Of a DNA stretch of 64,000 nt, positions 26,490-34,388 are shown in pieces. Numbering within the stretch: the first letter of the stretch is position 1; every line of letters begins with the position of its first letter. Origin of the DNA: a virus; the IMG/VR virus record IMGVR_UViG_3300044691_000477, positions 1-64,000 of that record; one strand, 5' to 3'. Below the pieces are notes generated by a model. It saw nothing but the letters and a program-made list of their open reading frames with translations, was not told where the DNA came from and did not search any database. Both the position numbers and the translations under genes were made by a program.

Positions 26490-28079
26490 TCAGCGGCTGC
26501 CTGCGTAGAGGAAGTTGTTCCCGCTCTGTGCCTCGGGCATCGAGATCTCCCGCGTCATGTAGCAGGCAAGCGCGAGGGAGTCGGCGTAGTCGTCGTGCGC
26601 GTCGGCCTGGTCTGGTGCCGCCGCGAGCAGGTACTTGCCGCGGTACTCCTTCTCGAGGTCGGTCATCTGCTGCACGAAGCGCTGGTAGGTCTTCTTCCTG
26701 CGCACCCGCGCGCCCGCCGGCCAGCCGACAAGACCGAGGTTCATGACCTCCATCAGGTGCTTCCACCTGGCCGACTGCGACGCCGGGTCGCTCATCAGCA
26801 TCTCGACCTGGGACCGCGGCATGAGCCGCTGCAGCCGATCGGCCACGACGTCGCCTACTCCCTGACCGTCGACCGCGACAGCCATCACGTCGTAGTGGCT
26901 GGCGAAGTCAACGATGCGCCCGTACTGCTCCTCCCAGCGGTCGCCGTGCAACTCGAGCCAGTTCAGGACGCGGTGGTCGTAGTAGCCGAACTCGTTAGGG
27001 TTGGCCCAGTCGACCCACAGCGCTGTGACAACGGTGGAGTCCTGCTTCCTGGCCGGGTCGACACCGAGGATGATGGGGCTGTTGTACCAGCGCTCGACCA
27101 CCTGCTGCATCGAGGTGTCGCCGAGTTCCTCGAGCCGCTCGGCGGTCGTGAACATGCCTCGCTCGAGCAGCCACTTCAGGGCATAGGACAGTGCGAACTC
27201 GTCGCTGTCCTCGCCGAGGCGTGACATCTCCTTGCGCACGAACTTCAGGTAGCGCGGGTTGTACTTGGCGCAGCTACGCCAGTCATGCTGGAAGTGGTTC
27301 TGCCGCGCGTTCTTCTTCGTCTGTCGGCGCTTGTTGAGCTGGATGGCCCGGTAGAACACTCCCTTGGTGGTGTCGGGGGTGCCCGTCATCACCGAGGTGG
27401 CGTTGTAGAAGGCGCCCATCGGCATGATGGACTTGTCGACCACCTTGTCATTGGCGCGCTGTGCCTCATCGATCACGATCAGGTGGTAGGACTTCGACTC
27501 GATCTGTGCCTTGGGGTTGGCGGTCTGCATACGGCAGATCGAGCCACTGACCCGCAGTCGCAGCAGTTTGCCGCCACCTTCCACCTTGTCATCGATCTCA
27601 GGATCAGCGAGCAGCTCGGCGGCGGTCTCGGACGTCAGCACCATCTGCACACGCTGGAACAGCGTCTCGGCCTGGCTCTCGACCGGCGCGAACATCCCGA
27701 CCCAGAAGCCGTTCTTGTACTGGCCGAACCAGACCGGCCACATCAGCGCGAGCTTGGGCATCAGAATCATGCAGGCCGCGATGACGTAGGCGATGGCTTG
27801 CGTCTTTCCCGACTGCCGACTGAACAGTGCGGTGATCTGGTCACCGTCGTTGAGCACGATGGACTCGACCACGCGGTACCCGAAGTCGGACTGGTACGGG
27901 AACAGCGGCTCGCCGGCGAGTTCGTCGGCAAACACCAGGATCTTGGTGACGATGTTGTGCACGAAGTCGCTGTCGTCAGGCGACAGCGCACGCTGCGCCT
28001 CGGCCTCCTCGATCTCCGAAACCGTCTCGTCGCGGTCGAAATCCAGGTCGAGGCCAAGCTCCTCAACGATGGCTGTCAC
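26490..28079 (-). CDS. Terminase large subunit
   Basis: 529 aa. Walker A FSRQSGKTQ, Walker B YHLIVIDEAQ, C-terminal nuclease-like GVDPARKQDSTVV..VAVDGQGVG..DDYADS. Confidence 0.9.
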   Translation of the reverse strand: MTAIVEELGLDLDFDRDETVSEIEEAEAQRALSPDDSDFVHNIVTKILVFADELAGEPLFPYQSDFGYRVVESIVLNDGDQITALFSRQSGKTQAIAYVIAACMILMPKLALMWPVWFGQYKNGFWVGMFAPVESQAETLFQRVQMVLTSETAAELLADPEIDDKVEGGGKLLRLRVSGSICRMQTANPKAQIESKSYHLIVIDEAQRANDKVVDKSIMPMGAFYNATSVMTGTPDTTKGVFYRAIQLNKRRQTKKNARQNHFQHDWRSCAKYNPRYLKFVRKEMSRLGEDSDEFALSYALKWLLERGMFTTAERLEELGDTSMQQVVERWYNSPIILGVDPARKQDSTVVTALWVDWANPNEFGYYDHRVLNWLELHGDRWEEQYGRIVDFASHYDVMAVAVDGQGVGDVVADRLQRLMPRSQVEMLMSDPASQSARWKHLMEVMNLGLVGWPAGARVRRKKTYQRFVQQMTDLEKEYRGKYLLAAAPDQADAHDDYADSLALACYMTREISMPEAQSGNNFLYAGSR

Positions 28080-28140
28080 CGGATGAGGGTACGCAGAAGC
28101 CCTGCCTCCTCAATGGGAGACAGGGCGTCTGACGTTTTCG

Positions 28141-28320
28141 TTACGCGGGCTGCAAGGTGGAGATGTCGACGTGCTCGGCGACCTCGGCGACAGAGGTCGT
28201 GTCGGTGACGAAGTACCAGCCTCGTCCGCCGCGTGCCTCCACCCGCAACCGTGCCTGCCCGTCAACCACGACAGGCGTCACGCGCTTGGTGCCGTCCTCA
28301 CTGATCATCGTCACCGCCAT
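28141..28320 (-). CDS. Small hypothetical protein (59 aa)
   Basis: Own translation MAVTMISEDGTKRVTPVVVDGQARLRVEARGGRGWYFVTDTTSVAEVAEHVDISTLQPA. One codon below the track cutoff. Directly upstream of the terminase. Confidence 0.5.
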   Translation of the reverse strand: MAVTMISEDGTKRVTPVVVDGQARLRVEARGGRGWYFVTDTTSVAEVAEHVDISTLQPA

Positions 28321-28559
28321 CCGCCGCCGCCCTGGCGGTGGTAGGGCGAGGACTCGTTTACCTCGTTGACGTTGCTCTTCGGGTAGTCGCTACGGTTGCT
28401 AGCCGTCGGTGTGATTTTGTCGACGGCGGCGTTGTTGCCCACGACGTAGCCCTGGTTGCGACCCTCCTCCCGACCGATCGACAGTCCGATGAAGTAGCCG
28501 ATCACGCCGACGGCGATGACGGCGAACACGATCAAGGTGCTCAACGTATTGGCGTCCAT
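28311..28559 (-). CDS. Small membrane protein
   Basis: 82 aa with N-terminal TM helix LIVFAVIAVGVIGYFIGLSI. Confidence 0.65.
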   Translation of the reverse strand: MDANTLSTLIVFAVIAVGVIGYFIGLSIGREEGRNQGYVVGNNAAVDKITPTASNRSDYPKSNVNEVNESSPYHRQGGGGWR

Positions 28560-28561
28560 CT

Positions 28562-28786
28562 TCAGACCTCCGCAACGTCGGCGTGCTGCAGGGCGACGTG
28601 CACGGCATCGACATCCTCGACGTCGATGATCGGCCTGCGGCCTGCCCTGCCTGTGATGACGGTGACGAAATCCCCGTCGAGTTGCACGGCGCCGAGCCAG
28701 CGGTTGTCCTCTGTGTCTATGACAACCAGCACACCTTCCTGCTCGGCTACTACGAGTTGCTGGCGAGCGTTTCCCATGGTGTTCAC
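28562..28786 (-). CDS. Hypothetical protein
   Basis: 74-aa ORF. Confidence 0.6.
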   Translation of the reverse strand: MNTMGNARQQLVVAEQEGVLVVIDTEDNRWLGAVQLDGDFVTVITGRAGRRPIIDVEDVDAVHVALQHADVAEV

Positions 28787-29010
28787 CCGTTCAAAAAGTC
28801 TTGGAGGAGGATGGTGGGCTTCTGCTGGTGCGTGAGCACGATCCGCACGCTGATGAACTCGGTCTTGGCCGACTCAGCACCGACGTACTTCGCAAGATCG
28901 CGACGTGCCATGTCGCGTGCCTTGTTGGAGTCATAGGCGCGAATGACCCAGCCACGCGGCTCATCGTGGCCAACATTCTCGTTCTTCCGTTTCAGGACGA
29001 AGATCTGCAT
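28783..29010 (-). CDS. Hypothetical protein
   Basis: 75-aa ORF overlapping its neighbours. Confidence 0.6.
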   Translation of the reverse strand: MQIFVLKRKNENVGHDEPRGWVIRAYDSNKARDMARRDLAKYVGAESAKTEFISVRIVLTHQQKPTILLQDFLNG

Positions 29011-29744
29011 CAGATCACCGCTGCGTCGATGACCTCAGCACGGATGCCACGGTCATAGGTATCGACGCCCGTGTCGTCCTGGTCGCTGAAACCTGCGGAC
29101 CCACCGCTGCTCGACCAGACCTCGAGGCCGTTGTCGATGGCTGCGCGAACGATGTCGCTAGCCTCCTGCTCGTTGGCCCCGCCCGTGACCTTCACGGTCA
29201 ACGTGACGAGACGCTCGGTCGGTTCGGTCGCAGCGTTGGTGCGATGAGGAAAGACCTCGATGTTGTGGCCCTTGCGGTAGACGCACCCAACAACGGGACA
29301 CGGCTCGGTGCTGGTCTGGTCCTCGTCGGCGACCTGCTTGTACGACGGGACGATGGCCTCCAGCAGGTAGCGCCAGTTGATGCGCCCGCCTATGTCAGGC
29401 AAGATCAGCCGCAGGGTGTCGACACCGTGTACGAAGTAGTTGACCTCCCCCAGTCGAGCGGCCTTCTTGACACGCCACTGCTCGGGGACCTCTGCGTCGT
29501 CGTCGGGGTCACCGTAGTCTTCGCGGGTCTCGAGTTGCGCATCCTCACCCCCGTAGGAGACGACCTGCCACTGCCCAACCTCGGGGTGTCCGAGGTCGTT
29601 GTTGACGTAGATGGCGAGACCATCACCTCGTGCGTGTGCTCGCTGGCCAAGTTGCTCGACGGCGTTAAGCCAGTCGAGGTCGCCTGCCGCCGCATCGGCG
29701 GCTTTGGTGCGGAACGTGTTGATGTCCCAGACCTGGACGGTCAT
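29010..29744 (-). CDS. Hypothetical protein, first gene of the virion arm
   Basis: 244-aa ORF with GGAGCAC RBS and the conserved leader. Confidence 0.7.
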   Translation of the reverse strand: MTVQVWDINTFRTKAADAAAGDLDWLNAVEQLGQRAHARGDGLAIYVNNDLGHPEVGQWQVVSYGGEDAQLETREDYGDPDDDAEVPEQWRVKKAARLGEVNYFVHGVDTLRLILPDIGGRINWRYLLEAIVPSYKQVADEDQTSTEPCPVVGCVYRKGHNIEVFPHRTNAATEPTERLVTLTVKVTGGANEQEASDIVRAAIDNGLEVWSSSGGSAGFSDQDDTGVDTYDRGIRAEVIDAAVI

Positions 29745-29787
29745 GGTGTGCTCCTTGTCAGTGCTCCGAGTGGGTGGTGCGTTGACT

Positions 29788-29865
29788 ACGGTATCACCTA
29801 CGCAACCAGTATGTACAGCAGCGTTGCGTAGGTGCTATTCTAATTGCACTCGGAACACCTACGCA
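29788..29865. promoter_or_regulatory. Divergent promoter/operator region between the virion arm and the early arm
   Basis: Central palindrome TGTACA (29812..17) can serve as -35 for both strands (plus -10 TATTCT 29836..41; minus -10 TACCGT = 29793..88). The 10-mer CACCTACGCA occurs at 29795..804 and 29856..65, and inverted at 29825..34. Confidence 0.55.
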
Positions 29866-29878
29866 TCTGGAGCACATC

Positions 29879-30259
29879 ATGGGATCACTCGCTGCCGCTG
29901 ATTTCGCCAATCAGGTGAACGAGGGCAACATCCAGCTAAGGACCGCCATCTCGTGGCACCTGACCAGCAACCACTACCCGCCGCACCCGGCCTTCATGGT
30001 CGATCCCGTCGTCGCCGCAGTACTTCTCGCGCGCGACGAGGAGTGGGACACCGAGATTGACCTGCCGAAGGGCTGCGAGACGCACAACGCCCTCGTGCCG
30101 TACGGCCAGGAGCACTGCACCTTCGGCGAGTCCGACGAGGACAAGGCCGACTTCGGTGCCTGCGTGCTGGTGGCCGCTGTCGAGTGGCAGGACCGCACCG
30201 ACGGCAAGGCCAGCGTGAGCGACATCATCGAGTCCTTCCACCTCGACTCGTTCGTCTGA
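29879..30259 (+). CDS. Hypothetical protein
   Basis: 126-aa ORF with GGAGCAC RBS. Confidence 0.7.
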   Translation: MGSLAAADFANQVNEGNIQLRTAISWHLTSNHYPPHPAFMVDPVVAAVLLARDEEWDTEIDLPKGCETHNALVPYGQEHCTFGESDEDKADFGACVLVAAVEWQDRTDGKASVSDIIESFHLDSFV

Positions 30260-30263
30260 CGTC

Positions 30264-31304
30264 ATGCGCATCACCTACGTCAAGAAGAAGTTCACGCCCG
30301 CCCACCAGCAGGTGATCGACCGAGCCAACGAGATCTGCGAGGAGTACGCCGGCAGCGGGCTATCGCTGACGCTGCGTCAGCTCTACTACCAGTTCGTCGC
30401 CCGTGGTCTGCTGCCCAACCGTCAGGAGGAGTACAAGCGACTCGGTGGCATCGTCAACGACGCGCGACTCGCGGGTGAGATCGACTGGGAGTACTTGGTC
30501 GACCGCACACGCAACCTCGTGGCGCCGACAACATGGAGCAGCCCTGCTGCTCTCGTCAAGGCGGCTGCCGAGCAGTACCAGACTGATCTCTGGGCTGGGC
30601 AGCACCACCGGATAGAGGTCTGGATCGAGAAGGACGCCGGCATCGGTGTCATCGAGCGCGTCTGCAACGACAACCTTGTTCCCTACTTCTCCTGCCGCGG
30701 TTACACGTCGGCGAGTGAGTTGTGGAACGGAGCACAACGCATCGGCAACCACCTCTACCGGGGTGATCGGGTCACAGTGCTGCACGTCGGTGACCACGAC
30801 CCCAGCGGCCTGGACATGACGCGCGACATCAAGGAACGGCTCGCGCTGTTCCTGGCCAATGACTGGAACCGCAGTGGTGCGATGTTTGAGTACCTACCAC
30901 CTGTAGGAGTGAGCAACACCAACGAACGCATCCGCTCGAGCATGAGGGAGTGCATCCGGGCACACGGTGGTGAGATCAGCGAGCAGACACTGCCTTGGCG
31001 TGTGAAGCGTATCGCCCTGAACTACGACCAAGTGCAGCAGTACAACCCACCGCCGAACCCGGCCAAGACCACCGACGCGCGCTTCGTCCGCTACCGCGAG
31101 GAGACGGGCCTGAACGAGTCATGGGAACTCGATGCTCTCGACCCGACCGTCCTGCAGGCTCTCATCGACTCGGAGATCAATGCTGTCCGTAACGAGAGTG
31201 CCTGGGATGACGGCCTCGCCGCACTCGACCGCGACCAGCGCGTCCTGATGAACATCGCTGACAACTGGGATGCCGTACGTAATCAGTTCGGAGGATCGAC
31301 ATGA
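30264..31304 (+). CDS. TopoVI-A/Spo11-like protein (5Y-CAP + Toprim; 'Mini-A'-type)
   Basis: LTLRQLYYQFVARGL (catalytic-Tyr-type motif) and VLHVGDHDPSGLDM (Toprim DxD). No B-subunit gene is visible. Confidence 0.6.
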   Translation: MRITYVKKKFTPAHQQVIDRANEICEEYAGSGLSLTLRQLYYQFVARGLLPNRQEEYKRLGGIVNDARLAGEIDWEYLVDRTRNLVAPTTWSSPAALVKAAAEQYQTDLWAGQHHRIEVWIEKDAGIGVIERVCNDNLVPYFSCRGYTSASELWNGAQRIGNHLYRGDRVTVLHVGDHDPSGLDMTRDIKERLALFLANDWNRSGAMFEYLPPVGVSNTNERIRSSMRECIRAHGGEISEQTLPWRVKRIALNYDQVQQYNPPPNPAKTTDARFVRYREETGLNESWELDALDPTVLQALIDSEINAVRNESAWDDGLAALDRDQRVLMNIADNWDAVRNQFGGST

Positions 31305-32233
31305 GCAAGACCCTCGACCGCATCAGCAAGGTTCTCAACCAGGCTGAGAACGCAGGCACGCCAGAAGAGGCTGCGGTCTTCATGGAGAAGGCGCAGGAGT
31401 TGGCCTCGCTTGCGGCCATCGATCTGGCTGTGGCCCGTTCTCACACCGTCAACAAGGAGAAGCGGGAGGAGATCGAAAAGAACGTGGCTGTGTACGTGAA
31501 CTCCTACTCGCGCCGGGCCAACCGCGAGCACTTCATGGACCTGTTCCTCGCAATCGCAGGAACCAACGATCTGCAATGCACGATTGGCGGCAGCAGGTAC
31601 TACGCCTTCGCTACCGGCTTCCCCAGTGACATCGAGATCGCCAAGGCCCTGTTCGGTCAACTCTCCGTGCAGATGGTCAGCGACGCCGATGCCGCCCTGA
31701 AGCGCGGTGCCCACAAGACCGTCCGCCTGGTACCGAAGTACGAGCGCATCAAGCTCGACCCGGATGACCACTACTGGGATACGGACTGGAAGGGTCGCGA
31801 CATCTACCGGACGACTGAGAAAGTTCGCGTTCGTGACGAGAACGGAAACCCAGTGTGGGAGGACCAGGTGGTCAGCAAGGTTGATGGCCGCATCTACCGC
31901 GCCAACTTCTACGCTGGCTTCGTGGCCCGCACCAATAGCCGTCTGTGGGAGGCCAAGCAGCGCGCAGAGAAGGCAGCGGGTGCTGACGTCGAGAACAGCA
32001 GCACCGCTCTCGTACTTCGCGACAAGAAGCAGGAGGTGAAGAAGGCGTTCGAAGAGATTGAGGAGGAGTACAAGGTGCTCAACCACCGCGGCTTCAGCAG
32101 TTATGGGGGCGCTGAGGTAAGCACGCACTCGGTCGATGGATGGCAGCACGGCTCGGACGCCGCCGCCAAAGCAAAACTCGACGCTGACCCAGACAACAGC
32201 GTCGGGGCCACCGTCCGCCAGGAGTTGGCGTGA
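31301..32233 (+). CDS. DUF2786-like N-terminal domain protein
   Basis: LDRISKVLNQAENAGTPEEAAVFMEKAQELAS. 310 aa. Confidence 0.65.
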   Translation: MSKTLDRISKVLNQAENAGTPEEAAVFMEKAQELASLAAIDLAVARSHTVNKEKREEIEKNVAVYVNSYSRRANREHFMDLFLAIAGTNDLQCTIGGSRYYAFATGFPSDIEIAKALFGQLSVQMVSDADAALKRGAHKTVRLVPKYERIKLDPDDHYWDTDWKGRDIYRTTEKVRVRDENGNPVWEDQVVSKVDGRIYRANFYAGFVARTNSRLWEAKQRAEKAAGADVENSSTALVLRDKKQEVKKAFEEIEEEYKVLNHRGFSSYGGAEVSTHSVDGWQHGSDAAAKAKLDADPDNSVGATVRQELA

Positions 32234-32352
32234 CACTGCTTGGTCGACTGCTCTGCGCCGTCGGCCTGCACAACTGCAAGGGCACATCCGTGCCGCACAC
32301 CTACGCCTGCCGTCGGCCTGGCTGCAGCTTCATCACCGGAGGGCACGTATGA
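32230..32352 (+). CDS. Small Cys-rich protein (40 aa)
   Basis: Own translation VTLLGRLLCAVGLHNCKGTSVPHTYACRRPGCSFITGGHV. GTGA and ATGA coupling at both ends. Confidence 0.4.
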   Translation: MTLLGRLLCAVGLHNCKGTSVPHTYACRRPGCSFITGGHV

Positions 32353-32603
32353 CCCCGAGACCAGCACCACGCCCGAAGCAGGAAGAAGTGCCGATCCTGC
32401 GGAAGGTGCTGGCCAGGGTCGTGAAGGCCGATGACCTGGAGGTGCACACCTGCAAGGCAATGCTCGATGGCGTCACTGTCCTCGACATCCGGGACTACAT
32501 CCCCTCCACCGGACTCTACGGTCGCGGCACGACGCTGCCGTGGAACACCGAGACCATCAAGGTGCTGAAGGCCGCGATGATTGAGGCGGCGCGCGATGCG
32601 TGA
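32349..32603 (+). CDS. PC4/YdbC-like ssDNA-binding protein (tentative)
   Basis: ATG 32349 (GGAGGG RBS). EVHTCKAMLDGVTVLDIRDYIPSTGLYGRGTTLPWN resembles the PC4 fold pattern. Confidence 0.5.
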   Translation: MTPRPAPRPKQEEVPILRKVLARVVKADDLEVHTCKAMLDGVTVLDIRDYIPSTGLYGRGTTLPWNTETIKVLKAAMIEAARDA

Positions 32604-32835
32604 GCTCCGCTGTCAAGGCTGCGGTCGGCTGCTCGGCATGACGCCGCGCACCCAGGCCGTCCCGGCGCAGTGCCTGGACCCATTCTGCGCCCACACACCG
32701 GCCATCTCTGGCAACGAGGAGCGTGACGCGTTGATGGCATACCTGGTGAACGTCGAGGAGCGCACGGTGGCCAGCGTGGCGGACCTGTTCGACATCACGC
32801 GCCAGGGCGCCTCGAGAGCACTGGTGGGACGATGA
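32596..32835 (+). CDS. Zinc-ribbon + HTH small protein
   Basis: CQGCGR near the N-terminus; C-terminal TVASVADLFDITRQGASRAL is HTH-like. Confidence 0.55.
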   Translation: MRELRCQGCGRLLGMTPRTQAVPAQCLDPFCAHTPAISGNEERDALMAYLVNVEERTVASVADLFDITRQGASRALVGR

Positions 32836-33008
32836 GTGACCGTGAGGTGGAAAACCCAATGCCCCTCGATGACCGCTGCCAGGAGTGCCTGTGCCCGCTT
32901 TGCCGGTACGGATCGACCTGTCACGTCTGCCACGGCCAGGGCATCGGCCAGCAGGTTCGGAAGATCTTGACCGACGAGCAAGCAGGCGGTAGGAGCAGCG
33001 ATGAGTGA
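32832..33008 (+). CDS. Small Cys-rich protein (58 aa)
   Basis: Own translation MSDREVENPMPLDDRCQECLCPLCRYGSTCHVCHGQG... Coupled starts and stops. Confidence 0.45.
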   Translation: MSDREVENPMPLDDRCQECLCPLCRYGSTCHVCHGQGIGQQVRKILTDEQAGGRSSDE

Positions 33009-33204
33009 CGTTCACGCCGTCAGGCACCTCCACAGGGAGCGTGACGACATTGCCCTGCTGGAACGGCGGCTCAAGGCCGCTCGCGCTCGCAGGAAGGTAC
33101 TCATCGCCAAGTTGCGGTACGCCGGGTGGACGCTCCGACAGATCGAGCCGCACGCTGGGATCAGCAACGTGGCGATCAGCCAGCAGGAGCAGACCGATGT
33201 CTGA
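33001..33204 (+). CDS. HTH-containing small protein
   Basis: 67 aa. GWTLRQIEPHAGISNVAISQ is HTH-like. Confidence 0.6.
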   Translation: MSDVHAVRHLHRERDDIALLERRLKAARARRKVLIAKLRYAGWTLRQIEPHAGISNVAISQQEQTDV

Positions 33205-33382
33205 GCCGACGCCGGGGCGGGTGCGTTGGCCTCGCCCCAAACGTTGCCAAGCCGACAACGGCGGCAAGCATCGTTGGGAGTACGCCAAGGATCGAACGCG
33301 GCGAGAGTGCCGGAAGTGCGGCGCAGGTCAGGTGCCCAAGCAATCGAACGACAGCAGCAGCCAGGAGGCCGACCGTGGCTGA
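33197..33382 (+). CDS. Small zinc-ribbon protein
   Basis: 61 aa starting MSEP and ending KQSNDSSSQEADRG, so it carries the junction cassette. Confidence 0.55.
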   Translation: MSEPTPGRVRWPRPKRCQADNGGKHRWEYAKDRTRRECRKCGAGQVPKQSNDSSSQEADRG

Positions 33383-33653
33383 CTTGCGGTGCCGCTGTGT
33401 CTGGCGCGAGGAACGCTGCCAGAACTCCGCCACGCAGGAGGACGGACTGTGCAACTGGTGCGGCAACGGGCGGACCCCCGAGCAGATGCTGGATGACCCG
33501 AAGGCGCTCATTGGCCCCGACGGGGAGTTCTTCGGTATCGGTGGGGCCGGGCAACTCCACGACTCCCGCCCTGGCTCACCGGGAGCCTGCTGGTACCCCG
33601 ACAGCAACCGGACGATCACGCAATCGAACGGCAGCAACGGGGCGGGGTCGTGA
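33375..33653 (+). CDS. Cys-rich hypothetical protein
   Basis: GTG 33375 (VADLRCRCVW..). Ends TQSNGSNGAGS. Confidence 0.55.
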   Translation: MADLRCRCVWREERCQNSATQEDGLCNWCGNGRTPEQMLDDPKALIGPDGEFFGIGGAGQLHDSRPGSPGACWYPDSNRTITQSNGSNGAGS

Positions 33654-33910
33654 GCATCATCGCCAACGGGGGCGGGATGCCCCCAAGCCAAGCAAGGATC
33701 GACGCCTACTACGAGGCGCGGCGTGCTGAGTACGAACTGAAGCAAGAGCACATCGCCGCCATGAAGGAGCGCGGTTACCATTTCCGGTTCGGCCAGGACT
33801 CCCCGCACATCATTTGGTGCCTGACCTGCGGACTCATGGTTGGCGACTGCGACCTCCACGACGCATCGCCCTGCAAGCAATCGAGCGGCAGTAGTGACGC
33901 TCATGTCTGA
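33650..33910 (+). CDS. Hypothetical protein
   Basis: 86-aa ORF ending KQSSGSSDAHV. Confidence 0.6.
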   Translation: MSIIANGGGMPPSQARIDAYYEARRAEYELKQEHIAAMKERGYHFRFGQDSPHIIWCLTCGLMVGDCDLHDASPCKQSSGSSDAHV

Positions 33911-34160
33911 GCCGCTGCTTGCGCGTCGCGGGCCTCGTGAACGTGTGTCTTGCCCTCGCTGCGGCAAGAGCTACCTGCGCCCGCTGGGGATCGCCCGACC
34001 GCACAGGGACTGCCCTGGCAGCGGGTTGGATGAGTTACGGGAGGCACTGGCGATTCGCCGCGCTGACCTCACCCTGCTCCTATGGTGGACGAAGCAGAAG
34101 CAAGCGAACGAGGCATTCGGCGAGGAGTTAGAGCAGTCCGAGGACGCGACGGCGCTCTAA
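33903..34160 (+). CDS. Small zinc-ribbon protein
   Basis: ATG 33903 (MSEPLL..). Contains CPRCGK. Confidence 0.55.
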   Translation: MSEPLLARRGPRERVSCPRCGKSYLRPLGIARPHRDCPGSGLDELREALAIRRADLTLLLWWTKQKQANEAFGEELEQSEDATAL

Positions 34161-34167
34161 CTCCTCG
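34121..34167. terminator. Bidirectional hairpin at the convergence of arms 2 and 3
   Basis: 14-bp perfect arms CGAGGAGTTAGAGC/GCTCTAACTCCTCG. Each arm contains one gene's TAA stop. Confidence 0.6.
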
Positions 34168-34388
34168 AGTACAACGACCACCGACGCGGCGCCGACGCGG
34201 GCCTCCTGGAGACCATCTAGGAGGCCCTCGCGCTGCCAGTCACCGAATGCCTTGCCGATACCGGCGATGCTGTTCTCGGTCCAGAGCACAAGCTCCTCGC
34301 TCGACAGCGAACCAGCGCGGCGTATCAACCGCTGCTCAGCCGTCTCACCGGCCAGCGCGCGGATGACGTCGAGAGCCTTCCCCATCAA
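34128..34388 (-). CDS. Hypothetical protein
   Basis: 86-aa ORF. Confidence 0.6.
   Translation of the reverse strand: MMGKALDVIRALAGETAEQRLIRRAGSLSSEELVLWTENSIAGIGKAFGDWQREGLLDGLQEARVGAASVVVVLEELERRRVLGLL

Noticed and set aside
28099-28126. Hairpin upstream of the terminase start as a terminator or pac-related structure.
   Set aside because: It has only a 6-bp stem and a 16-nt loop, which is too weak to call.
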